NCBI GenBank assembly: GCA_035534935.1
Contig: DATLRA010000047.1
Location: 478 to 64,477, forward strand
Length of the DNA stretch: 64,000 bases
Reading direction: 5' to 3'
Source of the DNA: Candidatus Binataceae bacterium
GTDB lineage: Bacteria; Desulfobacterota; Binatia; Binatales; Binataceae
A program made the position numbers and the translations under genes. How positions within the stretch are numbered: the first letter of the stretch is position 1; each line of letters begins with the position of its first letter. Of this stretch, positions 47,132 to 56,986 are shown piece after piece. The notes beneath the pieces are model-generated. The model worked only from the letters and a program-made list of their open reading frames with translations, ran no database searches and was not told the origin of the DNA.

Positions 47132-49270
47132 TTAGTCGCGCGGGGCGGGTTCCGGCGTGACCACCACGGCCACGGCGCAGCGCACGTTGCGCAGGATGTG
47201 GTCGACCTTGGGGCCGAAGTAGAGCCGCCCCTCGGACGGACGAAACATCACGCCCATCACCAGCAGGTCGAAATTTTCGCGCTCGACCGCCGCCAGGATC
47301 ACGTTCTCCGGCTTGGCGCCCGCGGCCACGCGGGTCTCGACCGGAACGTCGATATGCGCGCCCAGGCGCGCGACCTCTTGCGCGATGAGCCTGCCGTCTT
47401 CGGGCTGTCCGCGGCGCCGGTAGAAGCCGCGCAGCGAGAGCGCCGGATTTTCGCTGACGTAGAGCGAGGTGATCCGCGCGCTGGTGGCGTGCGCGTAAAG
47501 CATCGCGAGGGTTGCGCCGAGGCGCGAGAATTGCGCGCCGGTGGTCGGCGCGAGCACCTTGCGCAGCGGCATCGCATCGCCGACGTTGCGCACGATGATC
47601 AGCGGTACGGCGGTGTGGCTGGCGAGTTCGCGCAGCACCTCGCCGCCGATCGCGAGGTCGCCCTCGGCCGGTGACGCGCCGGCGAAGATCGCGTCGTAGC
47701 CGCGCGCGCTCTCCTTGATAATCGCCTCGGCGATCGATTCGGCCACCGCCGTGCGCTCGATCAAGTTGCGCGCGCCGCCCATCTCGGCGATCGATCGGAT
47801 CACCGCGAGGTCGCTTGCGACGCGATCGTCGGCGCCGGCCGGGTCGCTGCCGAGCGCGCGAAACACCGTGATGCTGGCGTCGGGATGATTGCCCAGCGCG
47901 GCCGCCAGATGGGCCGCGAGTTGCGCGTGCGGTCCGCCCCCGCTCAGCACCAGCAGCTTGGTGCCGGCCTTGACGAACGGCACGCGGGCCATGAATTTCT
48001 CGCGCTCGAGGCGTGCGACCTCGGCCGCCTCCGGTGCGATGCCGGCGAGCAGCCAGGTCAGCATCGGCGGCGTGATGAGCGAGGTGACGATCGCGACAAT
48101 CACGATAATCGAGTACATCTGCGGGCTCAGTACGCCCAGGTTGAGCCCGATCAGCGCGACGATAATCTCCATTCCGCCGCGCGCGTTCATGCCCGCCGCG
48201 ACCGCCAGCGACTCGCGCATTTTGAGTCCGTGGAGCCGCGCCCCGGCGGTGCAGCCGATCAGCTTGCCGACGATCGCCACGCCGAGCACCAGCCCGAGCA
48301 CGCCCACGCCGTGCAGCGCGAAGAGGTCGGCCTTGAGTCCCGAGTAGGCGAAGAAGATCGGCGCGAAGACTCCGGTGGTCGCCGCTTCGAGCTCCGCCCG
48401 GTCAGCCCGCCGCACGCGCGCCGACCGCCCGAGCATCACCCCCGCGACGAACGCGCCGAAGACCGCGTGGATGCCGATCGCCTGCGTGACGATCGCGCAG
48501 ACCATCGCCAGGCCGACCATCGTGCTCATGCCGGCATGCTCGGCCAGGGCGCGGTCGTCAACCCAGCGCATCAGGCGCACGACCAGGTTGGCGCCGATGA
48601 AGTAGCAGAAGCCGGCAAAGGCGGCGACCGCCAGCAGGATCGAACCGAGCGATTTCAGATCGACCGAACCGTGCAAGGCGAGACCGGCGACCACCGAGAG
48701 CATCAGCCAGCCGACGGTGTCGTCGAGGATGCCGGCGGCGAGGATCAGCAGGCCGATATTGCGCCGCATCAGATCGAGGTCGATGAGCATTTTGGCGATC
48801 ACCGGCACCGCCGAGATCGACATCGCGACCGCCATGAACAGGCTGAAGATCAGCCGATGGCCGGGATTCGCCAGGTAGCTCACCGGCAGATACCAGCCGA
48901 GCGTGAAGCCGGAGATCCACGGCACCACGATGCCCAGCCATGAGACGGTGACGGCGCCGCGCCCGACCTCGGCCAGGATTGCGAGATCGGTCTCGAGGCC
49001 GGTGTAGAGCAGCAGCATGATCACGCCGATCCATGCGACCGCCTCGATCAGATGGTCCGCGAGCGCGTCGGGCGGGAAAACGATCAGATGCAGGCCGGGC
49101 GCGAAATGGCCGAAGAGGGTCGGGCCGAGCACGATCCCGGCGAGCAGTTCGCCAATGACCGTCGCCTGGCCCATCCGCTTCATCACGTCGGCCAAAATTC
49201 GCGCGCTCAAAAAGAGCAGAGCGAATTGCGTCAGGAAGCGCAGAACCTGGGTTTCGCTCAGGTGCGACAT
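47132..49270 (-). CDS. CPA2-family cation:proton antiporter fused to tandem universal-stress-protein domains
   Basis: About 400-aa Na+/H+ exchanger membrane domain, then two USP-like alpha/beta modules (VLSGGGPH... and LAPTTGAQFS...). Confidence 0.85.
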   Translation of the reverse strand: MSHLSETQVLRFLTQFALLFLSARILADVMKRMGQATVIGELLAGIVLGPTLFGHFAPGLHLIVFPPDALADHLIEAVAWIGVIMLLLYTGLETDLAILAEVGRGAVTVSWLGIVVPWISGFTLGWYLPVSYLANPGHRLIFSLFMAVAMSISAVPVIAKMLIDLDLMRRNIGLLILAAGILDDTVGWLMLSVVAGLALHGSVDLKSLGSILLAVAAFAGFCYFIGANLVVRLMRWVDDRALAEHAGMSTMVGLAMVCAIVTQAIGIHAVFGAFVAGVMLGRSARVRRADRAELEAATTGVFAPIFFAYSGLKADLFALHGVGVLGLVLGVAIVGKLIGCTAGARLHGLKMRESLAVAAGMNARGGMEIIVALIGLNLGVLSPQMYSIIVIVAIVTSLITPPMLTWLLAGIAPEAAEVARLEREKFMARVPFVKAGTKLLVLSGGGPHAQLAAHLAAALGNHPDASITVFRALGSDPAGADDRVASDLAVIRSIAEMGGARNLIERTAVAESIAEAIIKESARGYDAIFAGASPAEGDLAIGGEVLRELASHTAVPLIIVRNVGDAMPLRKVLAPTTGAQFSRLGATLAMLYAHATSARITSLYVSENPALSLRGFYRRRGQPEDGRLIAQEVARLGAHIDVPVETRVAAGAKPENVILAAVERENFDLLVMGVMFRPSEGRLYFGPKVDHILRNVRCAVAVVVTPEPAPRD

Positions 49271-49523
49271 GGGGCTGTTTGGCGTGATGCTTGCCGGGGG
49301 TGGCCGATCGCTAATCCGCGCGGGTGGCAGAGCCTATCGGCGGCGTCAGGCCGAATCAACCGTATGCCTTGCGGGAGCTTTTTGCTTCCCAGTGTAACGA
49401 TCATCCGGCACGGCCACACCACGGCAATCGCCGCGCGCGATCGCGGTACGGGCTGGTGCGCAACGCGCGACTCGCCCGGCCGGTGCGCCGGGACGCGCGC
49501 CCGCCATGCGCGCCGCGGGCGCG

Positions 49524-50234
49524 TCAGCCCTTGAGCGTCGCGGCGAATAGCTTATTCATGCGCGACCACGCATCGTGCGCGTCGGCGGCGCTATAGATGT
49601 CGGCGCGCGAATCGTTGAAAAAGCCGTGCGAGCATCCGGGGTAGACCTTGACCTCGCCCGGCTTGCCGAGCCGCTGGAGGGTTGCGGCGAGCCGATCGAC
49701 GTCCGCGCGTTGAATCCATCCGTCGTTCTCGCCGTATGCGTAAAACATCGGACAGGCGAGCTTCGCAAGTTCGCTGTCGGCTGGGATCTCGCCGTAAAAC
49801 GGCGCCGCCGCCTTGATCTCGGCGCTGACGCAGGGCAGCAGCGCCGCGTAGCTGCCGCCCATGCAGAAGCCGGTCACGCCGATGCGCGCGCCGTTGGCGG
49901 CCGGCTGCGCCTTGACCCATCGGATGGTGCTCAGCAGGTCGTCGATTCCGTCGGCCATCGCGAGGCCGCCCATCAGTTCGCCCGCGACATTGGGGTCGAT
50001 GGTGACCTTATGGCCCTGGCGCGAATACAGGTCGGGGGCCACCGCAAAGTAGCCTTCGGCCGCGAAGCGCCGAGTCACGCCCTGGATATGTTCGTCGAGC
50101 CCCCACCATTCGTGCACCACGATCAGGGCGGGACGCGCGCCGACCTCCGCCGCCGGACGAGCGGTGAAGGCCTTGAGCGTGCAGGTCTTGCCCGGGTAGC
50201 TGACTTCCGCTTCGATTGTCCGCAGATTAGCCAT
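49524..50234 (-). CDS. dienelactone hydrolase family protein
   Basis: VVHEWWGL, nucleophile context GFCMGG and C-terminal His context GCSHGF. Confidence 0.85.
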   Translation of the reverse strand: MANLRTIEAEVSYPGKTCTLKAFTARPAAEVGARPALIVVHEWWGLDEHIQGVTRRFAAEGYFAVAPDLYSRQGHKVTIDPNVAGELMGGLAMADGIDDLLSTIRWVKAQPAANGARIGVTGFCMGGSYAALLPCVSAEIKAAAPFYGEIPADSELAKLACPMFYAYGENDGWIQRADVDRLAATLQRLGKPGEVKVYPGCSHGFFNDSRADIYSAADAHDAWSRMNKLFAATLKG

Positions 50235-50318
50235 CGGAATTCACCTCTGATTGCATGGTTTTCGCTCCGCGCGGCGGCGATGGCGGCCGCATGGAAGCGG
50301 TTGCCGTGACGCCGCCGG

Positions 50319-51299
50319 TCACTCGGCCGCGTTCACCGGAATAAAGCCGACCGTGCCGTTCCTCATCTGAATGCGGAGCCAGTCGCCGGTGATTCCCGTC
50401 ACATGGACGAATTTTCCGCGATGCACCTGCGCGACCGTGGTGGCCGTGTCGGACGCCGTCTCGAAGACCGGCGAGTCGTGGGTCAACAGGAACTTGCGGT
50501 TCGCCGGGCGCACCGGAGCCATCGCGGCCGCTGGCGGCGCTGCCGAGGGCGGGGCGCTCTCCACCGGTGCGGCGGGGGGCGCGGCCTCGGCGGCCGGTGA
50601 CGGTGCACCGGTGGGCGGTGGCGGAGCGCTGGCCGCACCCGGCATCAGGCTCGGATCAAGTTCCTTGACGGCGGCAAATTCGGTGGCCGCGTCGGCCCCG
50701 CGATCGGGCTCCGCGCTATACAGGTTGGCCAGCGCCAGATGGGCGTGGGCGTCCTTCGGCGCAAGCCCGGCGGCGGTGCGCAGTTCGGCTTCGGCCACGC
50801 CGAGTTTGCCGGCCTTTTGCAGCAGCCCGCCCAGATTGATGCGATACGCGACGTTGGTCGGATCGAGTGCGACCGCCGCCCGATACTGCCCCTCCGCCCT
50901 GCCCAGCTCCGACTGCGCGCTATAGATGTTGCCGAGTGCGGTATGCGCCCGCGCGTTATGCGGTTCGAAGTCCAGCACCTTCATGTACTCGCTTTCGGCG
51001 GCGGCCGGCTTCTGCTCGAACACGTAAAGATTGCCCAGCGCGACGTGCGGCCGCGGGTCCGACGGCGCCATCGTGGCGGCTTGCTGATAGTCGGTCTCGG
51101 CATCGGCCAGCTTGGTGTTCTGCATCGCCTGATCGCCAGCCGCCAGCTCGTCGTCGACCGATTTATGCTCGCATCCGGCCGCCGCCAGCGTGATCACGGC
51201 GCCGATCGCGATCATTGCGTGAAGCAGCCTGGCGCGTGCGCCGAAGCGGGATGACGGGGTCAAGCGAGGTTTGGCGCTGAACTGTTCGTTCCATTGCAT
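50319..51299 (-). CDS. TPR-repeat lipoprotein with C-terminal SH3b domain
   Basis: Lipobox LAAAGC, five TPR units, a Pro/Ala linker and an SH3_3-like tail (GDWLRIQMRNGTVGFIP). Confidence 0.7.
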   Translation of the reverse strand: MQWNEQFSAKPRLTPSSRFGARARLLHAMIAIGAVITLAAAGCEHKSVDDELAAGDQAMQNTKLADAETDYQQAATMAPSDPRPHVALGNLYVFEQKPAAAESEYMKVLDFEPHNARAHTALGNIYSAQSELGRAEGQYRAAVALDPTNVAYRINLGGLLQKAGKLGVAEAELRTAAGLAPKDAHAHLALANLYSAEPDRGADAATEFAAVKELDPSLMPGAASAPPPPTGAPSPAAEAAPPAAPVESAPPSAAPPAAAMAPVRPANRKFLLTHDSPVFETASDTATTVAQVHRGKFVHVTGITGDWLRIQMRNGTVGFIPVNAAE

Positions 51300-51507
51300 A
51301 GATGGCTCCTGGGATGACGAAGGATGTGTGAGTAGGCTGGATCGATGGATCAATCGTGCGCCGGAACCTGTAAGCTCACCCCCACCGATCGCTCAGGCCG
51401 GACCCTTTAATGTTTCGCCGCTCGGCCGGGGCTGTCAAGCCGAGCCGCCGCGCGTCCGCCATAAAAAACAGTTGGCGCGGCGCGCGGCGTGCGTTATAAG
51501 GAACGCC

Positions 51508-52158
51508 GTGCGCGCCGTGCTCATAGCAGCCAAGCAACTTGCGTTTGCCAAGACGCGTCTGGCCCCGGCGCTGCCCGCCGCCGCCGAACGTAGCGCGCTG
51601 GCCTGCGCGATGTATCGCGACGTGCTTGCCGCCGCTCTCGGCGCGCGCCGGCCGGACCTGGTCGCCGTCGTTACTTCCGACCCGACGCTGCTCGAGATGG
51701 CGCGGGCGGGCGGCGCGCTGACGATCGATGAGGAATATCCGCGCGGCCTCAACGTCGCCGTGCGCCTCGCCACCGAGCTGCTCATTGCGCGCGGCGTCAC
51801 GACCGTATGCACCGTGCTGTCGGATATTCCGCTGGTCGCCAGCGAGGATATCGACGCCGCGATAGCGGCCCTGCCCGGGAGCGGCAATGGCGTCGTGCTG
51901 GTGCCCTCGCGCGATTGCTCCGGGACCAATCTAATCGTGCGCCGGCCGCCGGATATTATCGCCACGCACTTCGGCAGCCAGAGCCTCACCCGCCATCGCG
52001 AGGATTGCCGGACGTTCGGACTCGAATGCGCGATCGTGCCGATGGCCCGTCCGGCGCTCGATCTCGATCTCGCCAGCGACTTGATCGAGTTCGCCCGCTC
52101 GCCCAGTATGACTCACACCTTCAACCATCTCGCCCGGCTGGGAATGGTTCACGGCTAA
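51508..52158 (+). CDS. cofC: 2-phospho-L-lactate (or PEP) guanylyltransferase CofC/FbiD family
   Basis: AVLIAAKQLAFAKTRL...R..L..AM..DVL...LSDIPL...SGTN pattern. GTG start at 51508. Confidence 0.65.
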   Translation: MRAVLIAAKQLAFAKTRLAPALPAAAERSALACAMYRDVLAAALGARRPDLVAVVTSDPTLLEMARAGGALTIDEEYPRGLNVAVRLATELLIARGVTTVCTVLSDIPLVASEDIDAAIAALPGSGNGVVLVPSRDCSGTNLIVRRPPDIIATHFGSQSLTRHREDCRTFGLECAIVPMARPALDLDLASDLIEFARSPSMTHTFNHLARLGMVHG

Positions 52159-52182
52159 TTTGAATCAATTGCGGTATCAATC

Positions 52183-52950
52183 GTGACGATGATCGAGCGC
52201 CTCGGCGCAGTCGTGATCGACCGGGTCGCGGCGCTGGGCGATTTTGTGGTGTTCCTGGCCCAGGCGCTGTTCTGCGTCGTGCGGCCGCCGTACAAGTTCC
52301 GCCTGACCATCCGCCAGTTGCGCTCGATTGGCGCGGAGTCGTTCTTCCTGGTCGCGCTTATCGGCCTGTTCACCGGGATGGTGCTCGGCCTGCAGGGCTA
52401 CAACACGCTGCGCCGCTTCGGCTCCGAAGGCGCGCTCGGTACGGTGGTCGCGCTGGTCCTGGTGCGCGAACTTGGGCCGGTGCTGACCGCCCTGATGATC
52501 ACCGCGCGGGCCGGCTCCGCGATGGCGGCCGAGCTGGGCTCGATGCAATCGACCGAGCAGATCGACGCGCTCAGCGTGATGGCGATCAATCCGATCCAGT
52601 ATCTGGTCTCACCGCGCGTGCTGGCCGGCGTAATCAGCTTTCCGCTCCTGACCGGCCTCTTCGACATCATCGGCATCTGGGGCGGATGGGCGGTCGGGGT
52701 CGGCCTGATGGGCGCTCCGGGCGGCCCGTTCTTCAACGGTATCCGCCAGAACATGGGCGGCCACGATATCGCCACCGGCATCTACAAGGCGCTGGTCTTC
52801 GGCGTCGTCGTGATGTGGGTATGCTGTTACAAGGGCTATAACGCCGAGCGCATGGCGACCGGCGTCAGCCGCGCCACCACCAACGCGGTCGTGCTGTCGA
52901 GCGTGCTGATCCTGATGTCCGACTATTTTCTGACGTCGATTCTTTTGTAA
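52183..52950 (+). CDS. mlaE: phospholipid ABC transporter permease MlaE
   Basis: MlaE/Ttg2B family membrane protein; first gene of the mla cluster. Confidence 0.9.
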   Translation: MTMIERLGAVVIDRVAALGDFVVFLAQALFCVVRPPYKFRLTIRQLRSIGAESFFLVALIGLFTGMVLGLQGYNTLRRFGSEGALGTVVALVLVRELGPVLTALMITARAGSAMAAELGSMQSTEQIDALSVMAINPIQYLVSPRVLAGVISFPLLTGLFDIIGIWGGWAVGVGLMGAPGGPFFNGIRQNMGGHDIATGIYKALVFGVVVMWVCCYKGYNAERMATGVSRATTNAVVLSSVLILMSDYFLTSILL

Positions 52951-52974
52951 GAATCCCAGGCTTAACCGAGCATC

Positions 52975-53775
52975 GTGGAATCGACCATCAACAACACCGG
53001 CGCCGGCGACGCCGCAATTGTCGTGCGCAATCTGCGTCGGCGCTTCGGGCGCCAGCAGGTTCTCAATGGCGTCGATCTCGCCTGTCCGCGCGGCGAAATC
53101 ACGACCATTGCCGGGCCCAGCGGATGCGGCAAGACGGTCCTGCTCAAGCATCTCAACATGTTGCTGCGCCCCGACGCCGGCTCGATCGTCATCGATGGCG
53201 TCGACGTGACGGCGATCGGCGAACGCGGGCGCGACGAAGTGCGCGAGAAGTTTGGGATGCTCTTTCAGGCCGGCGCGCTGTTCGACTCGATGACCGTGTT
53301 CCAGAACGTGGCCTTTCCGCTGGTCGAGTTGACCGCGCTCGGCCGCGGCGAAATCGCCGACCGGGTGGCCGAGACGCTCAAGGCGGTCGGATTGCAGGGA
53401 ATGGAGAACAAGTTCCCCTCCGAGATGAGCGGTGGTATGCAAAAGCGGGCGGCGCTGGCCCGCGCCTTGATCCGGCGGCCGAAAATCCTCATGCTCGACG
53501 AGCCGACGACCGGTCTCGATCCGACGCGCACTCATCAGATTCACGAATTGGTGCGCGCGACCCAGCGCCAGTTCGACCTGACCGCGGTGATGGTCAGCCA
53601 TGACGTCCCCGCGGTTTTCGAGTACTCGGACCGAATCGCGTTCATGCACGGCGGTAAAATGGAGATTAACGGACCGGTCGAACAGGTGATGGCGGCGCAT
53701 AACGAAAAATTTGAACTGTTCCTGGCCGGCAAAGCGTCGGGAATCGATGGACCGCCGGCGGCGGTCGCGAGTTAG
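52975..53775 (+). CDS. mlaF: phospholipid ABC transporter ATP-binding protein MlaF
   Basis: Walker A GPSGCGKT, signature MSGGMQKR, Walker B LMLDEPT. Confidence 0.9.
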   Translation: MESTINNTGAGDAAIVVRNLRRRFGRQQVLNGVDLACPRGEITTIAGPSGCGKTVLLKHLNMLLRPDAGSIVIDGVDVTAIGERGRDEVREKFGMLFQAGALFDSMTVFQNVAFPLVELTALGRGEIADRVAETLKAVGLQGMENKFPSEMSGGMQKRAALARALIRRPKILMLDEPTTGLDPTRTHQIHELVRATQRQFDLTAVMVSHDVPAVFEYSDRIAFMHGGKMEINGPVEQVMAAHNEKFELFLAGKASGIDGPPAAVAS

Positions 53776-53781
53776 CGGCTT

Positions 53782-54303
53782 ATGTACGCGAGTCGAACCA
53801 CACAGCTTATCGTCGGGGTCTTCACCCTGATGGGCCTCCTGGCGCTGGGCTTCCTTTCCGTGCGCCTGGGCAACGTCGCGCTGTTTCCCGCGCCGAGCTA
53901 CACGGTCTACGCGAACTTCGACAATATCGCTGGGCTGCGCAATAACGATCGCGTCGAGATCGCCGGCGTCAATATCGGCCGCGTCTCCGCGATCACGCTC
54001 GAAAATAACCGCGCCCACGTGTCCCTGCGGATCAATCAAGGCGTCGAGGTCGACAGCGACGCGATCGCCTCGGTCCTGACCAGCGGTCTGATTGGCGACA
54101 AGTTCGTCTCGATCCAGCTCGGCGCCGGCGACGATCTTAAAGAAGGCGGCACCATCCGCCAGACCCAGTCGGCATTTGTCCTCGAAAACGCAATCGGCAG
54201 CCTGATCAACAACATGGGCTCGAGCAGCAAGAGCTCCAGCTCGGGCTCATCGGGTGGCGATTCCGGCGAACTAAAAAGTAATACCGGCGCAACAAAGAAG
54301 TAA
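53782..54303 (+). CDS. mlaD: MCE-domain protein MlaD
   Basis: N-terminal TM anchor plus an MCE domain (GLRNNDRVEIAGVNIGRV). Confidence 0.85.
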   Translation: MYASRTTQLIVGVFTLMGLLALGFLSVRLGNVALFPAPSYTVYANFDNIAGLRNNDRVEIAGVNIGRVSAITLENNRAHVSLRINQGVEVDSDAIASVLTSGLIGDKFVSIQLGAGDDLKEGGTIRQTQSAFVLENAIGSLINNMGSSSKSSSSGSSGGDSGELKSNTGATKK

Positions 54304-54310
54304 GGATTCG

Positions 54311-55018
54311 ATGATTTCAATGCATTTCGAAACCGCAGTGACCGCGGCTCGCGCCAATCCGGCCGGCCGGTCGCGGCGTCTCTCATCAGGCCCGCTAGCG
54401 CGTGCGCTTGTCGCTCTAATGATTGTTCTGTTCGCCGCGGGCGCCTTCGCCCCGCGCGCCGCGATGGCCGACCCCGGCAGCACGCCGTTGGGCGTCGCGC
54501 AATCGATGGTCAGTCGCGCGATCGCGATCATGGCCAACAAAGCCGTCCCGGTGACCCAGCGTCGGCGGGATCTGCGCGCCGCGATCGAATCGAGCTTCGA
54601 TTTCACCGAAATGTCACGATCGGCCTTGGGCTACAACTGGCGCACTATCACGCCCGCCCAGCGCACCGACTTCACCCAGCTTTTCACCGCCTTCATCGAA
54701 GACGCCTACCTGAGCAAGATTCAGGACTATTCCGGGCAGCAGGTCCAGTTCAGCGGTCAGACTCCGCTCGGCCCCGGCTATACCCAGATCGACAGCACGC
54801 TCGTCCAGCCGGGCAAGAACGCGATTGCGGTCAACTATCTGCTGCTGCAAAAGAACGGTTCGTGGAAGATTTACGACGTTACGGTCGACGCGATCAGCAT
54901 CATCTCGAACTATCGCAACCAGTTTAATCGCGTAATCAACGAAAAAGGCTTCAACCAATTGATCGCCGATTTGCGTGCCAAGCAGCAGCAGTTGGCGTCC
55001 CAGTTGGGTGGCAATTAA
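54311..55018 (+). CDS. mlaC: periplasmic phospholipid-binding protein MlaC (Ttg2D family)
   Basis: Signal peptide, FDF..M....LG..W and a WKIYDV..DGIS-like tail. Confidence 0.8.
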   Translation: MISMHFETAVTAARANPAGRSRRLSSGPLARALVALMIVLFAAGAFAPRAAMADPGSTPLGVAQSMVSRAIAIMANKAVPVTQRRRDLRAAIESSFDFTEMSRSALGYNWRTITPAQRTDFTQLFTAFIEDAYLSKIQDYSGQQVQFSGQTPLGPGYTQIDSTLVQPGKNAIAVNYLLLQKNGSWKIYDVTVDAISIISNYRNQFNRVINEKGFNQLIADLRAKQQQLASQLGGN

Positions 55019-55147
55019 CGACTACGCGAGTGCTGCTGGCTGGCGATAGGCATTCTTGGCTAGCGCGAAATTGCTCTCATCAGGGCATGACAACCGAATT
55101 GATCCACGCTAGAGTCTTCGCCGTGAGGCGGCGATAACCAGCGGCCG

Positions 55148-55897
55148 GTGGGAGGATATCAGTTGAAGACCATTTTCGTGACCTTGGTGTTGGCGATGAG
55201 CCTGATGGCAGCCCCGGCATTCAGCGCGGACCAGGCTCCGCCGCCGCCCGGACCACCAGGAGCCTATGCGCAGACCTATGGCGATCCGCTGGCGCCGTTC
55301 AACGAGAAGATGTTCTGGTTCAACCTCAAGCTCGACAAGTACGTGCTGCATCCGGTGGCCAGCGGCTACGCCTTTGTGCTGCCCAAGCCGGCGCGCGAAA
55401 GCGTGGGCCATTTCTTCGATAACGTCAATTTCATACCGCGCTTCGCCAACAACCTGTTCCAGCTCAAGATGGCCGATGCGGGTGGCGAACTGGCGCGCTT
55501 CGGGATCAACAGCACGCTCGGCGTGGGCGGCTTCTTCGACGTCGCCGACGACTGGTTCGGACTCAAGCAGCACAACAACGACGGCGGCCTGACGCTCGGC
55601 CATTACGGCCTCGGCCAGGGCGCTTATATCGTATGGCCGGTGCTCGGACCGTCGACGGTGCGCGACACGGTCGGGTTCGCCGCCGACAGCGCGATGTGGC
55701 CGTTATCCTACTTCGTGCCGTGGTACATCTGGCTGCCGGCCGACGCGGGCAAGACCACGATTGAAGCGGTCAACTACCGCTCCCTGCATCTCGACCTGTT
55801 CGAGGATGTCGATCGCTACGCCATCGATCTCTATGGCGCGGTGCAGGACGGCTATATGGAGCGGCGGCAGGCGCGTCTGACTCAAATCAACCAGTAG
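55148..55897 (+). CDS. mlaA: MlaA/VacJ-family outer-membrane lipoprotein
   Basis: DPLAPFNEKMFWFN...NNLFQ...RF.INST.G.GGFFDVA motifs. Confidence 0.85.
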   Translation: MGGYQLKTIFVTLVLAMSLMAAPAFSADQAPPPPGPPGAYAQTYGDPLAPFNEKMFWFNLKLDKYVLHPVASGYAFVLPKPARESVGHFFDNVNFIPRFANNLFQLKMADAGGELARFGINSTLGVGGFFDVADDWFGLKQHNNDGGLTLGHYGLGQGAYIVWPVLGPSTVRDTVGFAADSAMWPLSYFVPWYIWLPADAGKTTIEAVNYRSLHLDLFEDVDRYAIDLYGAVQDGYMERRQARLTQINQ

Positions 55898-55922
55898 TCA
55901 TTTACTAAGGGTGATTTTCCGG

Positions 55923-55956
55923 GAGCCGCGGGCCGCAAGGTCCGCGGCTCTTTTTC
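55923..55956 (+). terminator. intrinsic terminator after mlaA
   Basis: GAGCCGCGG/CCGCGGCTC 9-bp stem followed by TTTTTCGTT. Confidence 0.75.
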
Positions 55957-56030
55957 GTTGCGCGGAGATGCGGCGATCGCGGCGACGTGCGCGGCCGGCG
56001 TCTAGGGAAGCTCAGCACAAGGTCTACTCT

Positions 56031-56116
56031 GTCATTTTGAGCGCGGCGAAAAATCCCGGGATTCTTCACGTCGCAGACTCCGCTCAGAATGACAAGCTGA
56101 CTTGTGCGGAGTTTTC
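56031..56116. repeat. REP-like nested-palindrome element, copy B
   Basis: GTCATTTTGAG...GAAAAATCCCGGGATTCTTC...CTCAGAATGAC. It has the same orientation as copy A and, like copy A, abuts a minus-strand stop codon (here lipA). Confidence 0.7.
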
Positions 56117-56980
56117 CTAGTTGACGTGTGCCCAGGCGTGGTAGGAACTGCGCACCAGCGGTCCCGATTCGACGTGGCGAAAGCCCATCGCGCGCCCCGC
56201 GACGCCGATTTCGGCGAACTCCGCCGGCGTAACGTAGCGCGCCACCGGCAGATGCTCCCGCGACGGCCGCAGGTATTGCCCAAGCGTCAAAATGTCGCAT
56301 TCGACGCCTCGCAGATCGGCCAGCACGCTCATTAACTCGTCGCGCTCTTCGCCCAGCCCGAGCATCACGCCCGCCTTGGTCAGCACCTCGCGGCCGCGCG
56401 CGCGCGCCGCCGCCTTGGCATGGCGCAGCACGCCGAGCGAAACCTCGTAGCGGCCGCCCGGACGGCATTTGCGGTAGAGGCTCGGCACCGTTTCGATATT
56501 GTGATTGTAGATGTCGACCGGCGCGTCGATCACGGTTTCGACCGCCGGTTCGTCGCCCTTGAAGTCGGGCACCAGGACTTCCACGCGCGTCGCCGGACGG
56601 ATCGCCTTGATCGCGCGCGCGGTCGCCGCAAAATGTGCCGCGCCGCCGTCGGCCAAGTCGTCGCGATCGACCGAGGTCACCACCACGTGCTGCAACTCGA
56701 GCCGCGCGACCGCGTCGGCGATGCGCCGCGGCTCATCGGGATCGAGCGGCCGCGCGCGGCCGTGGGCCACCGCGCAGTAAGGGCAATTGCGCGTGCATAC
56801 GTCGCCCATCAGCATGAAGGTGGCCGTGCGATGCGAAAAGCATTCGCCGATATTCGGGCAGCAGGCCTCCTGGCACACGGTATGGAGCTTGAGTTCGGTG
56901 AGCAGCGCGCGCGTGCGGAAGTATTCCGGTGAAGTGGGCGCGCGCACCTTGATCCAGTCGGGATGTTTCCGTTCAGGCAT
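56117..56980 (-). CDS. lipA: lipoyl synthase
   Basis: CEEA-like CQEACCPNIGEC and radical-SAM CTRNCPYC clusters. Confidence 0.95.
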   Translation of the reverse strand: MPERKHPDWIKVRAPTSPEYFRTRALLTELKLHTVCQEACCPNIGECFSHRTATFMLMGDVCTRNCPYCAVAHGRARPLDPDEPRRIADAVARLELQHVVVTSVDRDDLADGGAAHFAATARAIKAIRPATRVEVLVPDFKGDEPAVETVIDAPVDIYNHNIETVPSLYRKCRPGGRYEVSLGVLRHAKAAARARGREVLTKAGVMLGLGEERDELMSVLADLRGVECDILTLGQYLRPSREHLPVARYVTPAEFAEIGVAGRAMGFRHVESGPLVRSSYHAWAHVN

Positions 56981-56986
56981 GATTAA

